From positions 155,000,001 through 155,064,000 of the forward strand of contig NC_042998.1 of NCBI RefSeq assembly GCF_006345805.1: DNA of 64,000 nucleotides. The letters run 5' to 3'. The translations under genes were made by a program, and so were the position numbers. Positions 11,323 to 25,485 of the stretch are shown here, piece by piece (within the stretch, counting starts at the first letter, position 1; every line of letters starts with the position of its first letter). The DNA comes from Octopus sinensis. Its lineage: Eukaryota. The notes beneath the pieces are model-generated. The model made no database searches and was not told the DNA's origin. It saw only the letters and a program-made list of their open reading frames with translations.

Positions 11323-12489
11323 CAGAGTCATATGTAGAGGTAAGAAGAGTGAAAGACATAGGGATATATTGGTAACAAGAATGACAAAAAATCTTGAGTC
11401 TTACATTATAGTAGATTTCTTAACTGATAATTCTGCTGCGAAGTGGAGGTAGGATGGAGGTGATTTTGATCTGTAGTCCCAAATTTAACTAAGCACATAT
11501 TTTCCATATGTTTATTCTGGCTAGACTTTTCACCAGAGGTGTAAAGAAAGGGGGTTAACTCTAACTCGTGGTGAAAAGGAAGCTAACTCTATCCAGATTA
11601 CTCAGTCCGGGGTGAGTAAGGAATTTATGTGTCTTTGGGACTTAAAGTTGTAGGAAGTTCGTAGTAATGGAGGAAGCCTTTTGCAGGTGTAAAATAATTT
11701 ATTATGGGGTGTATAAAGCAAGTGGGGGTTGGGAGGTGAATGTTTGCGTGTAAGTAGTTTAAGTGGTTCCTGGCTAAATCGGATTATTTAGATGAAGATG
11801 CTAGCAAAGGATTTGTAGAGGGTCAAGCGGGTTTACTGATACTTGGAAAAGACAAGAAGGCAAAAAATAAGTCTCATATTTTCTACTAAGAAGTGGTGGT
11901 TTAGCCATTAGAATTTACAGGCGTTCAGTTAAACAGAGATCGCACCGTCTATTGGTAGAGTTGTAAGAAGTAGTTTTTGCGAGTATGCGCCATTCTAACT
12001 TATATTCTATTTTTTGTCCTTAAGCTCCCAGATATAGCTACTAAGCCCTGTTGAATTTGCCTTACTCCTATTTCTGAAGCTAGATTGGTGTGTGTTGTAC
12101 CTAAGTATCATTTGGTGTTTCGTGGCTCCTATATAGGACTTTATATGGCTATTTCTGTGTCTACCACATTGGTAAACGATATTTTTAGTTTTACACCTAT
12201 TAGAGAATTGGCACTTACTTCTATCCCTTCAGCCACATAAATTATTATGTGTTCGTGTTGTGGTGGGGCTATTACTACTCTGGTCTTTGTCTATGTTACT
12301 TCATTATGAGGTGCTTCATTAGTGGTGGGATTTGTTCTATTAGTTTGTTGGCTGTTACATTTATTGTTTCTAATTTTCCTAGCTTCATAGAATGTATCTA
12401 TTTTTTTTTATTATTAATTGAGGCTATGATGGTAGCTAAGTTACTAGTCAGGCTGTGGCCAACTCTAATTTTATTCCTAAATATTGCTG

Positions 12490-12720
12490 CATCATCATCA
12501 TCATCATCATCGTTTAACATCTGCTTTCCATGCTAGCATGGGTTGGATGATTTGACTGAGGACTGGCGAACCAGATGGCTGCACCAGGTTCCAATCTTGA
12601 TTTGGCAGGGTTTCTACAGATGGATGCCCTTCCTAACGGCAACCAATCCGAGAGTGTAGTGGGTGGTTTTACGTGCCACTGGTACGAGGCCCAGTCAGGC
12701 AGTACTGGCAATGACCATGA
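12490..12720 (-). mobile_element. 3' UTR/tail fragment of the RTE family at 36755-40922 (or a SINE sharing that tail), nested in the Naiad linker
   Basis: Reverse complement matches 40690-40920 including the (GAT)n tail; host reading resumes on both sides. Confidence 0.85.
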
Positions 12721-13932
12721 AAAAATCTTTTTTTTATTTATTATCTATGTTTAAGTGTTTATCTATTAGTTTCATTAATGAGTGAACTATTTTGGATTTG
12801 AGGTGCATGGTGAAAGGGATTACGAGCCAGATCTTATCACTATTATGTTTATTGTTAGCATTGCTATGTCTGGTCCAGAAACTACCCTCATTTTTTGTGT
12901 GTGAATAGTTATGGCTATTGAGTTTATTTCTATAGTTGGGTTTATCTTTACTATTGCTCTTGTCTGTTTTATTGGGGTTATTTCTGTATGGTTTATGTGA
13001 ACTCAATGACCCGGTGTTATGGTTTCTAACAGGGTTTATCCTTGTTCTTTGGGGCTCTTTATTTTTATTCTTATTCATGTATAGGTTTATATTATTCTTA
13101 TTATAGCTATTATCATTTTCAGCTTATCTTTATAATTTGTGCTATTAGCCTTGTTAATGTTGTTAATTTTATTATCATATTGTTGGTATTCATGTTGTTG
13201 TTAGTAACATTATTGATGATTTGTCTATGGGACTTAACATTGTTTCTATTCCAGTTATTTTTGTTGAGCTTATCTATACTGTTCTTATTGGTGGTGTAGT
13301 TTGTAGTGACATTTGGTGTGTGGTTAGTGTTAATGGATTATCATGTGGATTTCTGTTAATTAGGTTATTTGTATAGTGATTGGGGTCTAGGTATTTAATT
13401 TTTTGTTTAAATCCTGCTTTACCTAGTGCAATATTATAGATTTCCTTATGCTTATTAAAAATATGTTGGTTGGAAGAGAGGCATGATATTCTATTGCTAA
13501 TGCAATGTACTAAACCTTTCTTAATAAAGTTTGGATGGTTACTGGATGTGTTTATGTATTTGAGGTTTTTATATTGGGTTCGTGGAGTACTATGGCTAAG
13601 TTGCAGTTTGCGTTAACAAGTAGTTAATGGAGATGTGTTCCTTTTCTATAGAAATAGATAGTTCAAATCTTTTAAAGAATTTGTGTAGATTTTTTCTTGA
13701 TAAGCTCTAGTTTCCTATTTGAGGGTTTATGTATTATAAAAAGCGCATTGTCCCTGTATAATCCACCCTTGAGTTCTAGGAATTCTTCCTGTAGGTATGA
13801 AAGCAAATAAATGCCCACCAAGTCAGTTAGCTGTGCTGAATCTGTGGCTCCCATGGTGATATCAAAAGAGTTAGGAGAGTCCTTTTGTACTTTTATTATC
13901 AAAGCTTATAACTGATTTCCTTGCTTCTAGTA

Positions 13933-14063
13933 TTAGGTTGTCCCAAAAGTTCGTAAACACTTGCAAAAATTGAATTTTTACAATATAAATCCAAACAAGC
14001 AATTAAAAATTGCATAAAAATTCAAATTTTCGCAAGTGTTTACGAACTTTTGAGACAACCTTA
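13933..14063. mobile_element. Tc1/mariner-type MITE, 131 bp
   Basis: TIRs TTAGGTTGTCCCAAAAGTTCGTAAACACTTGC and TAAGGTTGTCTCAAAAGTTCGTAAACACTTGC; TA duplication at 13931-13932 and 14064-14065. Confidence 0.92.
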
Positions 14064-14627
14064 TATTACATTTATTTCCTTCATAGTTAAATGCTTGTGA
14101 TTTTTTGCTAATATTAGGGCACTATTTAGAATCATAGGGTTAATTGAGGAGTAGTAATCTACTATGTATATCTGTGCTCTGTATACTATGTCTATCTGTG
14201 CTCTGTATACTGGAGAACAAGTTTATGTATTGAACCATAATTCTAGGGCTATTCTACTTTTTAACTTAGGGATGTATTTGTTGAGTATTAGTTTACTTAA
14301 TTTACATAGGTCTGATTTATTTGAGTGTGATGCGGGGTCTGGATGGTATGAAGGATTCAGTTTTGTCCTCTAAGTTGGCAGCTAAGTTCATAGATCTTAA
14401 TGTAGTATCCGGTACTATTTCATATTTTTTGGTAATTTCCTTATGTAGCAGTTGGTGGTATAAATTAACATCCAGAACATAGGAGTTCCTTGTTTTATCG
14501 AAGTGATGTGTATATATGTGTAAATGTATATATATGTATATATATGTGTATATCTATATATATTTGAATATAAATGTGCATACATATAGACATATATATA
14601 TATGCACACACACATGTATATGTATAT

Positions 14628-14988
14628 AGGTGTGGGCATGGCTGTGTGCTAAGATGCTTGCTTCCCAACCACATGGGCTCCGGGTTCAGTCCCACTGTGT
14701 GGTACCATGTCAGTGGATTTGGTTGACAGAAACTGAAAGACGTCTGTCCTATATATATATGTATGTGTGTGTATGTATGTATTTGTGTCTGTGTTTGTTC
14801 CACCCACCCCATCGTTTAGAAGGTGATGTTGGTTTGTTTGCATCTCCATAACTTAGCAGTTCAGCAGAAGATATAGATAGAATAAGCACTAGGCTTACAA
14901 AGAATAAGTCCAGGGGTCAATTTCTTCAAAAGGCGGTGTTCCAGCATAGCCGCACTCAAATGACTGAAACAGGTAACAGAGTAAAAGA

Positions 14989-14992
<4 letters not shown>
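14628..14992 (+). mobile_element. tRNA-derived SINE, diverged copy of the 8483 family
   Basis: GGCTGTGTG head, GGGTTCAGTCCCACTG, shared 3' region and GTAAAAGAG tail. Confidence 0.85.
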
Positions 14993-15043
<51 letters not shown>

Positions 15044-15540
15044 CAAACAGTGAGTTGTCATTATAATATTTGGAGTTTTGAATGTTGGAGTGAAGAGCTA
15101 CAATGCGTTCTCATCGGCTATTAATGGCAATAGACGCTATGAAAAACCGTTGAATAAAAGGGAAGTTACTCTAATAGGTAGAAAAAGAAAAAAATGAAAA
15201 AAAGAAAAATTACATGCAGCCATATTCTCACAACACATAGATATAAACCTCCTGTGTCATAACATCTACATATGTACACACTCACACAACCATGTATATG
15301 TACATGCACAAACACACACAAACATATGTGCATGTATGTACTTATACATACGCATATATCCACACACACACGCACACATGTATATATATATATGTATGCA
15401 ACTTCATCCTCATATATCCCTAGGTGCTTGCATGCATACACGGAACATAATACATATATATTTAGAAATTTAGAAATATAAATATATATACAGGCATACA
15501 TTCACACTCCTGCATACATGTAGGTATATATATATATATA

Positions 15541-15690
15541 TCATCATCATCATCATCATCATCGTTTAGCGTCCGTTTTCCATGCTAGCATGGGTTGGAC
15601 GGGTCAACTGGGGTCTGTGAAGCTGGAAGGCTTCGTCAGGCCCAGTCAGATCTGGCAGTGTTTCTACGGCTGGATGCCCTTCCTAACGCC
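15541..15690 (-). mobile_element. RTE-family 3' tail fragment
   Basis: (CAT)n-CGTTTAG-CGTCCGTTTTCCATGCTAGCATGGGTTGGACG is the reverse complement of the 40860-40920 end. Confidence 0.8.
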
Positions 15691-15764
15691 ATATACATAC
15701 ATATACATATACATATATATACATACATATATATATATATATACATACATACATATATATCCCC

Positions 15765-18540
15765 TCTTTCCCAGCCTTCCACCCCCACCCCTCCTACTTC
15801 TGTCCTATCCACCCCTTCTCCACTTCAGTCTGTTGCTACCATTCCTCCAGATCTTCCCCTCTCAGGCAGAGCACTCCCTCCTCAGTAGGGGTCTGTGCTT
15901 CATCCCCCTCACTCCATCCAGCAACAAATTTTGGACTTGTGCTGATATTCACGGCTTTGTGTGCTGCATTAGGTTGTGTGTGCTTTTCAGAAACAATCCA
16001 CCTGCATCTAATGAGGAGGACTGCTTCACCAACCTGGGCCGCCGACCATCCCAGTGGATGCCAGCTCTTGGCCAGCTCCAAGCAGTCAATCTTTTTGCAG
16101 GTGCTTGCCCGCGTGCTGTGGATCGGTTTGACTTTTCCAGACATCCTTGACATCTTAACATCTCTCCAGCCAAACTCTCAGCCCTTCGATGTCTCTGATG
16201 CAGCACAGACATCATCATAAAACCGGCCAAAAAGGGTGGAGCTGTGATGGTGTGGTACGTGGAACTCAACAAGGTGGGAGCTCTTCGCCAACTTCAAGAC
16301 ACCTTCTACTGCCCTCTGCCCTCCAAGCTACCAACAGACTGTGTCCTCCACTATCCATGACCTCATCTCTCCTCCCATCTCCCCCACCGCCTCTAACCTC
16401 ATTGTCCACATCCCTCACACTCCCACAATTTACTTCCTCCCCAAAATCCACAAACCTAACAACCCCACCGAACTCATCTCCAGATATCTTGACCGTATCC
16501 TTGCCCCTAGTGGCTTTCCTCCCCTTTCACATCCATGACACCAACCATGCTCTTCGTTTGTTCAACTCTTTCTCCTTCCCTCCTGGCCCCTCTAAACTTC
16601 TCTTCACTCTTGACATCAAGAGTCTATACATGGTGATCCCTCACCATGAGGGGTTCCGTGCACTCCAACATTTCCTTGACCTTTGACCCAACCCCCAACC
16701 CAACACATCCATTCTCCTTTGTCTGGCTGAACTTGTTCTCTCACTTAACTGCTTCTTGTTCACAGGTGATTTTTACCAGCAGGTCTTGGGAGTGGCCATG
16801 AGAACGAGAATGGGCCCCAACTATGTGAACCTGTTTGTTGGCTGCAATGAGGCCCAAATATTCTCAAGTTTCATTGGTCCCACTCCTGAACTATTTGGTC
16901 ATTATATTGACGACTGTATCGGTGCGACCTCACTCTCCTGTGAACATCTAGACTCTTTTCTTTCTTTTGTCAAATCTTTCCATCTCAGTTGCCTTTCTCG
17001 ACATTTCAGTCAGCACTCATCACTCCACTCTCACCACCTTCATCCATTACAAACACACAGACTCACACTCATACCTCAACTTCTCCTCCTCCCATCCTAA
17101 ACACACAAAGCTCTCCATCCCCTATTCCCAATCCTTCCATCTACACAGGCTCTGCAGTGACAACCATGACTTTGAGACTCAGTCTCAACTCATGGCTCGC
17201 CACTTCATTCTACTTGAATATCCCCTCACCACTATCCACACTGCCCTTACCAGAGCATGTTTCATGGACTGTGCATCTGCTCTCTCCCTTGCACCTGTCC
17301 TGCCATTACGTGTCTCCTGTTTCCCCTTACCTACCACCCTATCTCTCCAACACACCATTCTCCAAGCCTTCTGGTGACTCAAGTCTGACTCCTCCACTTT
17401 GCATACCTTCCCTTCAAACAAGCCCACAGCATACAAGACCTCTTGGTCCACAGCTTCTTCCCTAACCCAACCTCTCAATCTGGCTCATTCTCTGCTGCTG
17501 CCCACACTGCTGCATTTGCCCTTACCTCTCCAACACCACCCTCCTTACAGGCACCCATCACTGACCCTATCATATCACTGACTCCTTCACCTGGACTTCT
17601 AGCAATGTCATCTACTGCATCTCCTGCTCTCTCTCTCTGTCATCTATACATCGGTCAAATGAGACACTGTTTGGCTGACTGGTTCACAGAACACCTCCGA
17701 GACATCCGTCTCGGCAACAACACTCCGGTTTCACATGATTTCTGCTCTACCGGTCACTCATTACAACACCTGTCTGTGTTTGGATTGTCCTTGCACAGGA
17801 GCCATCCGGACTCCTGTCTTCACTCTTTGCTTTTTTGCACCACATGGGATCAACTCTCCTCCCTTCTTCATCTAACCCTCCTCCTCTCTTCTTCTCACAC
17901 CTATTTCCTCCCACCCACCTCTCCTCTCTTGCTCTGGCACTTACTTCCTCCATTCACTCCTACCCACCTTCTCTTTTCATTGTCACCCCCTCCCTTGTTA
18001 CTCCACCCCTACACATTCCAACCCACCATCCCTATACATCCCATCCCACCTCCAGCCCATCCCTTAGACCCACTCTTGCTTCCCCCCAACACCACACACC
18101 ACCACATCACATCACACCATTCTGCACACAGTAGCACTGACCACTTCCCAGCACCCACACCAGCACTGACCACTTCCTAGCACCCACACCATCATCCACA
18201 CACCTACACATGCACACACACGTCAATGTCACCAGACTCCTTCCACAGGCACATACACATGCACGTGCACCTTCGTTTTGGGATCACCACTACTTTATTA
18301 TCTCCCCTTCTTACTAGCTCTCCTGTGTGACCCCTTTGTCTAGCATTCGCCATGATAGACTGTTAGCCACTAAACCTTTTTTCTATTTTTTCTCCCTGTT
18401 TATTTTTGTGTTCCTTTCTGTCAAAGAGCATAGGCTTGAAATGTAAAAGACTTTCTCACTTCCCAAGCATTAAACTAATACATCTGTTTGTTGTTTACAC
18501 ATCTGTCTTCGTCTTTTGTTTTTTCTTTTGTAAATTCTCA
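15765..18540 (+). mobile_element. Neptune-type Penelope-like element, frameshifted
   Basis: EHSLLSRGLCFIP, IIIKPAKKGGAVMVW, TLDIKSLY, GVAMRTRMGPNYVNLF, YIDD, FLDIS, HPKHTKLSIPYSQ, Cys-rich linker, GIY-YIG (NVIYCISC, LYIGQ, FTEHLRDIR); C-rich strand bias; ends at TA-rich repeat. Confidence 0.88.
18414..18449 (+). ncRNA. Degenerate hammerhead-like relic in the Neptune 3' region
   Basis: CTTT | CTGTCAAA | GAGC-atag-GCTT | GAAA-TGTA | AAAG: topology intact, core deviates, probably inactive. Confidence 0.4.
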
Positions 18541-18789
18541 CTATATATACATCCTCCTATCACACACCTACACCCATGCATATACAAATATACATATCCA
18601 TATAATTGAAGGGGAAGGGTGCATGAAAGTTGTACTTATACACTGGACACAGTCTTACACTCATATACATACATATACACATATATACACACATATACAT
18701 ATAAAGTATAGACATACATATACTCACACACGTACACATTTACACAATTAAAAAGGACAAAAATGAAAAAATATATACAGAAAAATTTA

Positions 18790-19900
18790 AAAAACTAAAA
18801 GAAGTTGACATATGGGAAGCTTGTGCAGGAACATAGTAAAAATGTGGATTCTAGGTATTTTGTCACATGTGGACATGATCTATCATTTATTCCAGTGCCT
18901 GAAGCTTAAGGTGTGATTGTTGAACTTTACTTTGAAATTTCCCTCTGTGATACCCACATATCTCTGATGAATAATGGCCTCGGTCATACAGACTCCATTT
19001 AGTGGACACAAGTCTTTATCCCTGCTATAGAATTAACTGGAAGGTCTTAGTCAAGTGTAAACCTTACACCAACAGTAGTGGCAAGTGCAGTCTTTGTAAT
19101 ATGGAAAGATGGCTCATCTGGAAAAGTTCCTTAGACCCTGCTACATGTCTAAATTCAAGAATTGAACTTTTTGGATCATGTCCAATATTATAACAAAAGG
19201 ATAAAAAGTTTTTTTTGAATACTTTTTATCCTTTTGTTACAATATTCTTCTTAATAATCTTCTGAATAACCTTAAATTTTAACTTTATACAATATGGCGA
19301 TATTGTTTAAAATATTTAACTATAGCACCCCATGATAAAATTTCCCATTTCATTATCAATGGTCTACTAGTGGCTTACCCCTTTAATTGTCAGCTAACAT
19401 CTTGATTTCCTTTACCAAATCTCATTATATTGCTTCAAATAAATCTTGATAGTTTTTCATGACTATACCCACTATGATTTCTGTTGGCTCCCTCAGCCCT
19501 CTTCCTAACAGGTACTGCTCCTTGTTCTTTTGGCCTTAGATATACAAAGATTTGATAAACTAGTCTATAAATTAAAACTGACCCCATAAAAGTGACAAGC
19601 AGAACCTGTAACAAGTCTTTCTTCCTGATACATTAGTAGCTTCTAAGCTGAACTGAAGACAGCATATTCTTTGTCTATCTCCTTACCTTCTTGGAGATTT
19701 AAGGTAAAATTATACTAATGTGTCAATCTGTTTTAATTTAATTAAATTCTGTCTTTATGCAGCTGAAGATTGCTCTACATTTAAATTGATGTAATGATTG
19801 CATTGTTCAATTAAATGGAGTTACTTGAAACGATCGTACGGCATTACCTCTGGATATCCTTGTTGCTTATTTTGATTTTAATCACCTTATTTTGAAATTG
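18790..19900. mobile_element. Rearranged Naiad-type PLE 3' fragment
   Basis: Minus about 18893-19022: DKDLCPLNGVCMTEAIIHQRYVGITEGNFKVKFNNHTLSF. Plus about 19023-19186: INWKVLVKCKPYTNSSGKCSLCNMERWLI...LNSRIELFGSC. Followed by a hammerhead. Confidence 0.8.
19757..19844 (+). ncRNA. Minimal type-I hammerhead ribozyme, partly decayed
   Basis: Stem I ATGCAG / CGGCAT (5/6); core CTGAAGA 19763-19769; bulged long stem II, poorly paired at its base; GAAAC-GATC-GTA 19827-19838 with palindromic ACGATCGT. Confidence 0.68.
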
Positions 19901-20079
19901 CATGGATAATACCATACTAAATTCTGGTGCCTCAACTTAGGTACCATATTCATCTGAGCCAGCCAGCCAGCCTGCCTGCCTGCCTATCTATTGTTTGTTG
20001 CATCGACTCTCAAGGTAATTGCCTTTTTCTACTGCTCATTGAATAAGTTTTGTTAACATTCCAGCAAATGTGGTGTGTA

Positions 20080-23000
20080 AGACACCTAGCTTTCGTCTGC
20101 CCTAGGGACAATTCGAGCCCTATTTTAATATCAAATTTGCTTTCTCAAGTTTTATAAATGTCAAGAAATCTATCTGTTGTCTGATGTTATCGTGTCATCT
20201 GCGTAACTTTTCATTGAAAAAGCTTTGTTTACATTTTTGCATTCGAGGTTTGTGAAGCGCCGAGCTTTCGTTTGGGTATTTTAAAGGGTGGAATTGGCTC
20301 CTAGGGGCAGTTTCAGTACTACTTCAATATCCAATCTTCTTTCTCGATTTTAAAAATGTCGAGAAATTTGATTGTGGAGCACTGGTCAGCATCGTTCATA
20401 AATGAACATTTTCCTAGCCTGGGAATGATGGCAGAAAAAAAAACCGAATCAACAAATGTAAACGATGGAAAAGAAATTGCTATCAACGACATGAATACTA
20501 ATTCCACAATCGTTAACAACCCTGTCGTCACCACCACTACCACATCTACCAATGCCAACATCACAACAACCATTAACAACAAGAATAACAACAACAATAC
20601 TATCACTACAATTGTGCCTGTTGATTCCCATAAATTGAATATCTCACTTATTACTGGTGAAGATATTAATACTATTAATAAGGATGCAACATCCACTGTT
20701 TCTACTATTGCCACTACAAACATTACTACAACCATCACCAATAACAAAAAGAGCACTATGGTTACTAAACCAAATGCCCCAATCAATGCCACTACACCAT
20801 CAACTAACACTATTGACACCAATTTTGCTGCAACAACTGCCAACACCACCAACAACAACAGCAATACAAAGAAAAATTCAATAAATTTTGCAGACATGTT
20901 AAAGCAAAAACAGGACTTCGTACATTTCACAAATGAAGAATTACTTGAGACCAGGTCACTCTTCACAACATCCAGACAAAACTTAATCTTACACACACCA
21001 CAACACGTTAGAGAAGATGTTGAGAAAGGGACAATTATGTACAAAATAATTAAAAGAAACCCCAAATCAACAGAACAAATCACAAAAACAGCTATAGAAA
21101 ATTAAAGAATACATAAACTGGGGTCCCCAATATAATACCGTGCAGGTCTGCTTCCACAATCAGGAAGAGGCAAAATAGCACTCTACACAACCATTACAAA
21201 TTGAAGAACTTGTCATGGTCCCATACTACATGGGACAGAGAATCAGCAGAATAAAAATAAAGAACGTCCCACCCAAAATTGAATCAAAATGGATCATGTC
21301 AGCGATATGTTTTCATTTGAAAACAATAAACATCTTAGAAATTGCTGTTTTTCATAATGAAAATTGGACAGGCAGATCAATCGAAATCTCAATTCAAATG
21401 GACCAAGATTCAATTGAAAAATTGCCAAATGTGATCCAATTTTAAAATGGTCAAAGCCTATATGTGGTGGCAGAAAGGAAAAAAACTGCATTGAAACCTC
21501 TGTGGCAGCCCAGACAACCTAATAGCAAAGTGCATTTTGGCATATAAAAAACAACAGCCACAAGGAGAACAACTACAATCAAAACACCAACAAGAACAAA
21601 AAACAAATAAAAGACAAACCCACCGCCAAACCCACAAATGATCAAAGAAATGTACAAAAAAATGGAATCTCGTCAAGAGCAACAAATAAACAAACAAAAC
21701 CAAATGACATCACCATCAACATCAAGAAGAGAAACAACACCATCACAATTATCTCCGACACCAAAAACAGCGTGTATCGCAAAACCAAATAGAGAAACAA
21801 CACCAACATCAAAAGATAAACCAACACCAGCACCAAGAATAACAACCAAGAAAATAAATATCAATGAAGAAAAGACAAATACTACCTCCTAATTCCCCAA
21901 CAACACACACAACACAACAACGTCTACAAGTACACACATAGAATTAGATGCCTTGCCATTACCCCCTTCTGATTCATCAGACATTTTATCTAACGATGTA
22001 AGTCCAGTAGAATGGTAAATAACCACAGGGGGTAAAAGAAAAAGATTAAAAGAAACAAAACAAAATGAAATACAAGCAAAGCAGGGAGGTACACAATCAA
22101 ACCAGCACCAACACCACAAAAATGCATACAATGCTCCCTGCAATAAACACAAAAGACACAAGACGAATGAACTATATTGCATCTCACACAAACATATGTG
22201 AAGATGACTTCAAAAATAACAATCACCCATGAACAACACCACCAGAACATATTAAGATAATACATATGGAAGAAACACAGCACCACACACTCAAATCCCT
22301 CTATCCAAATGTGGTAGGAGGATTCCAAAACTTTTTATCCAAAACATTATTTAAAAACCTCCTCCAAGACACTTCAAAGGAGGAGGAATGTAAAACTTTC
22401 GAAATGAGTAAGTAACCTCCTCTCTCGTCTCTTTACTGTTGTGTATAAAACACATCTTTTGACTAAATTATGCTTAAATTAGGTTGTGTAAATGTATGTG
22501 GCTTGGCGTCAGCTTGGAAACAAGGTTATCTTCTAAATGACATCAAGTCACAGAACGTAGAAATCATAGCTATCAGTGAAACCAGACTCAGTAACCCGCA
22601 GGCCCTCACATCCATGTTTGGCAGACAATTCGACATTTATTTTTCTCTCTGTCTGCCAAACATGGGTGGTGGTGGTGGTACCACGGTGCTTTGTTCAAAG
22701 AGTCTAAGCCTAAAAGTAAGGCCAATATTCTTAAACCCGAAGGGTAGGCTGGTTGTCTTGGACGTTGATGGCAGAAATGAGTGTGCTTTCTGTCTGATGG
22801 CAGTGTATGCACCGTCCTTAACAGGTTGAGTGGATTTCTTTAGACATCTAGAGGTTTTGCTGGGAACGCCTCAACCTTTACTGTTAGTAGGGGACAGGAA
22901 CACTACCTTGAACATGCATCTTGACTATGGGGGAATGGATAGGAATAGAAGGGGATGTAAGTGCTTCAAAGACCTGCTCAGACGTTTTCATTTGTCTGAC

Positions 23001-25485
23001 AAGTTCTGACTCAACCATCCGAATGTGCCAACATGGACTTGGACAAACCACGTCGGATTGTCGAGATCATATCTAGATAGAGTCCTATGTAGGACAATGG
23101 ATAGAGATAGTGTAGGGTATCCACAAATTAAAATAGTCAGCTACACAGATCACAAATTTGTGATGTGTATGCTCGACTTAGATAAGACACATACACAGGG
23201 TCCTGGTTACTGGAAACTGAATGCATCGCTCTTAGCGTGGAAGATTTACAGGAACCGGATTAGCGAGTTAATTCAGAGGGTGTTAACAGGAGCCATTGTT
23301 AACAACTGCTGGTGGTTTGCCCTAAAAATGGCAATTAAATCAGAATCGATTAGGTTTAGCAAAGAATTAACGATAGATCGAAATAGAGTAGAGGGAGACT
23401 TAGTTAAGAAACTAGAAGGGGCACTTGTAAGTGCAACGCAACCAACGTGTTAGCTGCGAGGTTGGCCCACAACCAACATCTCAATGCCAAACACGAAGGT
23501 TGCATTATCAGAGCTAAAATGTGTGCCTTAAGGAACGAAGGGATCGAAGCTGCGCGAGAAGCCCGGGTAGCAGAGGCGCAACGTGGTGACAAAGCCACCT
23601 TTCGGTCTCTAATAGATCATCAGGGATGCAATTTACTCGAACCAGAAAGGATGTGTGAGGCCTTTCAACAGCACCTTGCTCGACTGTACAGTGCGGGTGG
23701 TGGGTCGGAGCGCAGGATGGACTTCAGTGCCTACCTGACCGGCCTGCCGAGGCTCTCGGCAAGAGAAGCAGTGTTGTGAGGGTCCCATCACAGCTGCTGA
23801 TGTACGGGATGTGATGGTGGGCTGCACAAGGGATGAGCATGTTGGCATATGTGGACGATATCGCCGTCATAGTGTCAAGCCAAAAGCACATCGAGCTGCT
23901 AGGCGAGACACTAAAAGAATATGAAATGGTGATAGGAGCAAAACTTAACCCGGAATAGTCAGTGGGCTTGCTACTCGGCACCTGGAGAAGCAAGCCCATA
24001 CCCTCCAACAGCGACTCCGCAGTGGGACGCTGGATGGACGGACCAGTTAAAGTGCTCGGGGTCTGGTTCGGTCTGGACTTCCAAATGAATAAGAACTGGG
24101 ACGAGATCATGAGTAGAGTGGTTACTCTCAGCCAAACATGGGCCGAGAGAAAGCTATCTCTAAAAGGCTGGGCAGATGTGGCAAATGTGTAAATTGCCTT
24201 GTCCCGATGCCACCATCATGAAGCTAGAACACATACTCTTCCACTTTCTGTGGAAAGGTAGTATTTCAATGGTGCGGTAATCCATTTGCTGTCAACATCC
24301 GTTAAATAGAGGACTGGGAATGCTGTGATTAATGATGCGCTGAGTTTGCGGCACCTCTGGAACTTCATTGATGACAGTGAATAGGTGTGGGCGCTGATCA
24401 TGGGGTGTGCTTTTCCGCAACTTGTCTCACTCACCGAACTGCAAACATGGATCAAAAAGAGACCGAAACTAGGTGGATGGCAGTGCGAGTGTTGCCAAGC
24501 TCTACAGCAGATCTGCCGTCCAGGATCAAACTTATGCAGCTTCCAAACGACCAATGCATTCTATAGAGGACTAGTGGAGGGGAGGTCCAATGACACTCTC
24601 AGGGCAAACCTGGGTGCCGACTAGAAATTCCTAACCCGCCTTTTCAGGATGACGTTTGGGCCGGGACCTATGGATAACTTCCAGCAATCATTGGTTTGGC
24701 AATGCAATCAGGACACACTACCAGTTCGAGAGATCTACAGACATGGTTCGAAAACCACCAGACCAACCTGCCCAAGATGCAGTCAGAGCGACGAATCCAT
24801 TCTGCATGCACTTGTGCAGTGTCCAGATATTTCAGAGCTGTGGACCTTCATTGAATGGCTATTGTCACATGTGGGACGGGCCCGCTTATCAGCTGAGTCT
24901 ATCATAAATAATATCCTGCCACCTTCCTTTAAATGGGAAGGAAAAACAGTTTTCGTAACACTGATAGGCATGACAAAAGAATGCGTATGGTGGACGCGTT
25001 TGAAAGGTTTACAAACACTTTCCTCTCTGGCCAGTCTCTCATTAACTTTTTAAAGTACCACTTGAAAAGGAGGATGAGAATAGAGAGGAAAGTGTTATCA
25101 AATGAATGTTTCAATAAAAAATGGGCAAATGTAGCAAGAATGGTAAGTACGGTAAGCATAAACGTGTAACAAATAGAGAAAAAGAGAGAAAAGTTACTTG
25201 ATTTAATGTACTTCTTTCTAAATTGCCTGAGGTGACCTTGACTTTTTTGTAAGTTTTTCTCTCCAAGGGTACACCTAAAACTGTGAACAATATCTATTCC
25301 CCTTTTTGGGGAAACTTTATATTTTTTGTACACCACACAGCCCAATGATTTCAATCCCTATTGATCAGACGTTTTCTTCGTGTGCTCCACCCACCCCACC
25401 TCGAAAAGAAAAACTCTACATTGTATTTCGTCCACCTTCTGTGTTTAGCCCTGTGTGATCATAATAAAAAGATATCTATCTTTCT

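Larger units (their letters stand above)
11200..14505 (-). mobile_element. 5'-truncated Naiad-type Penelope-like element (RT, linker, C-terminal GIY-YIG), degenerate, with two nested inserts
   Basis: FDKTRNSY, KSDLCKLSKLIL, DYYSSIN, FDITMGATDSAQLTDLVG, GGLYRDNAL, SNHPNFIKK, IWLVIPF; GIY-YIG about 11860-12246 (NIVYQC, SYIGAT, STGLSSYIWELK, RRCDLCLTE); 3' hammerhead. Confidence 0.88.

Noticed and set aside
20319-21083. 254-aa hydrophobic minus-strand ORF (also 13042-13299, 16189-16686, 17443-18180)
   Set aside because: Antisense or off-frame shadows of compositionally biased TE sequence.
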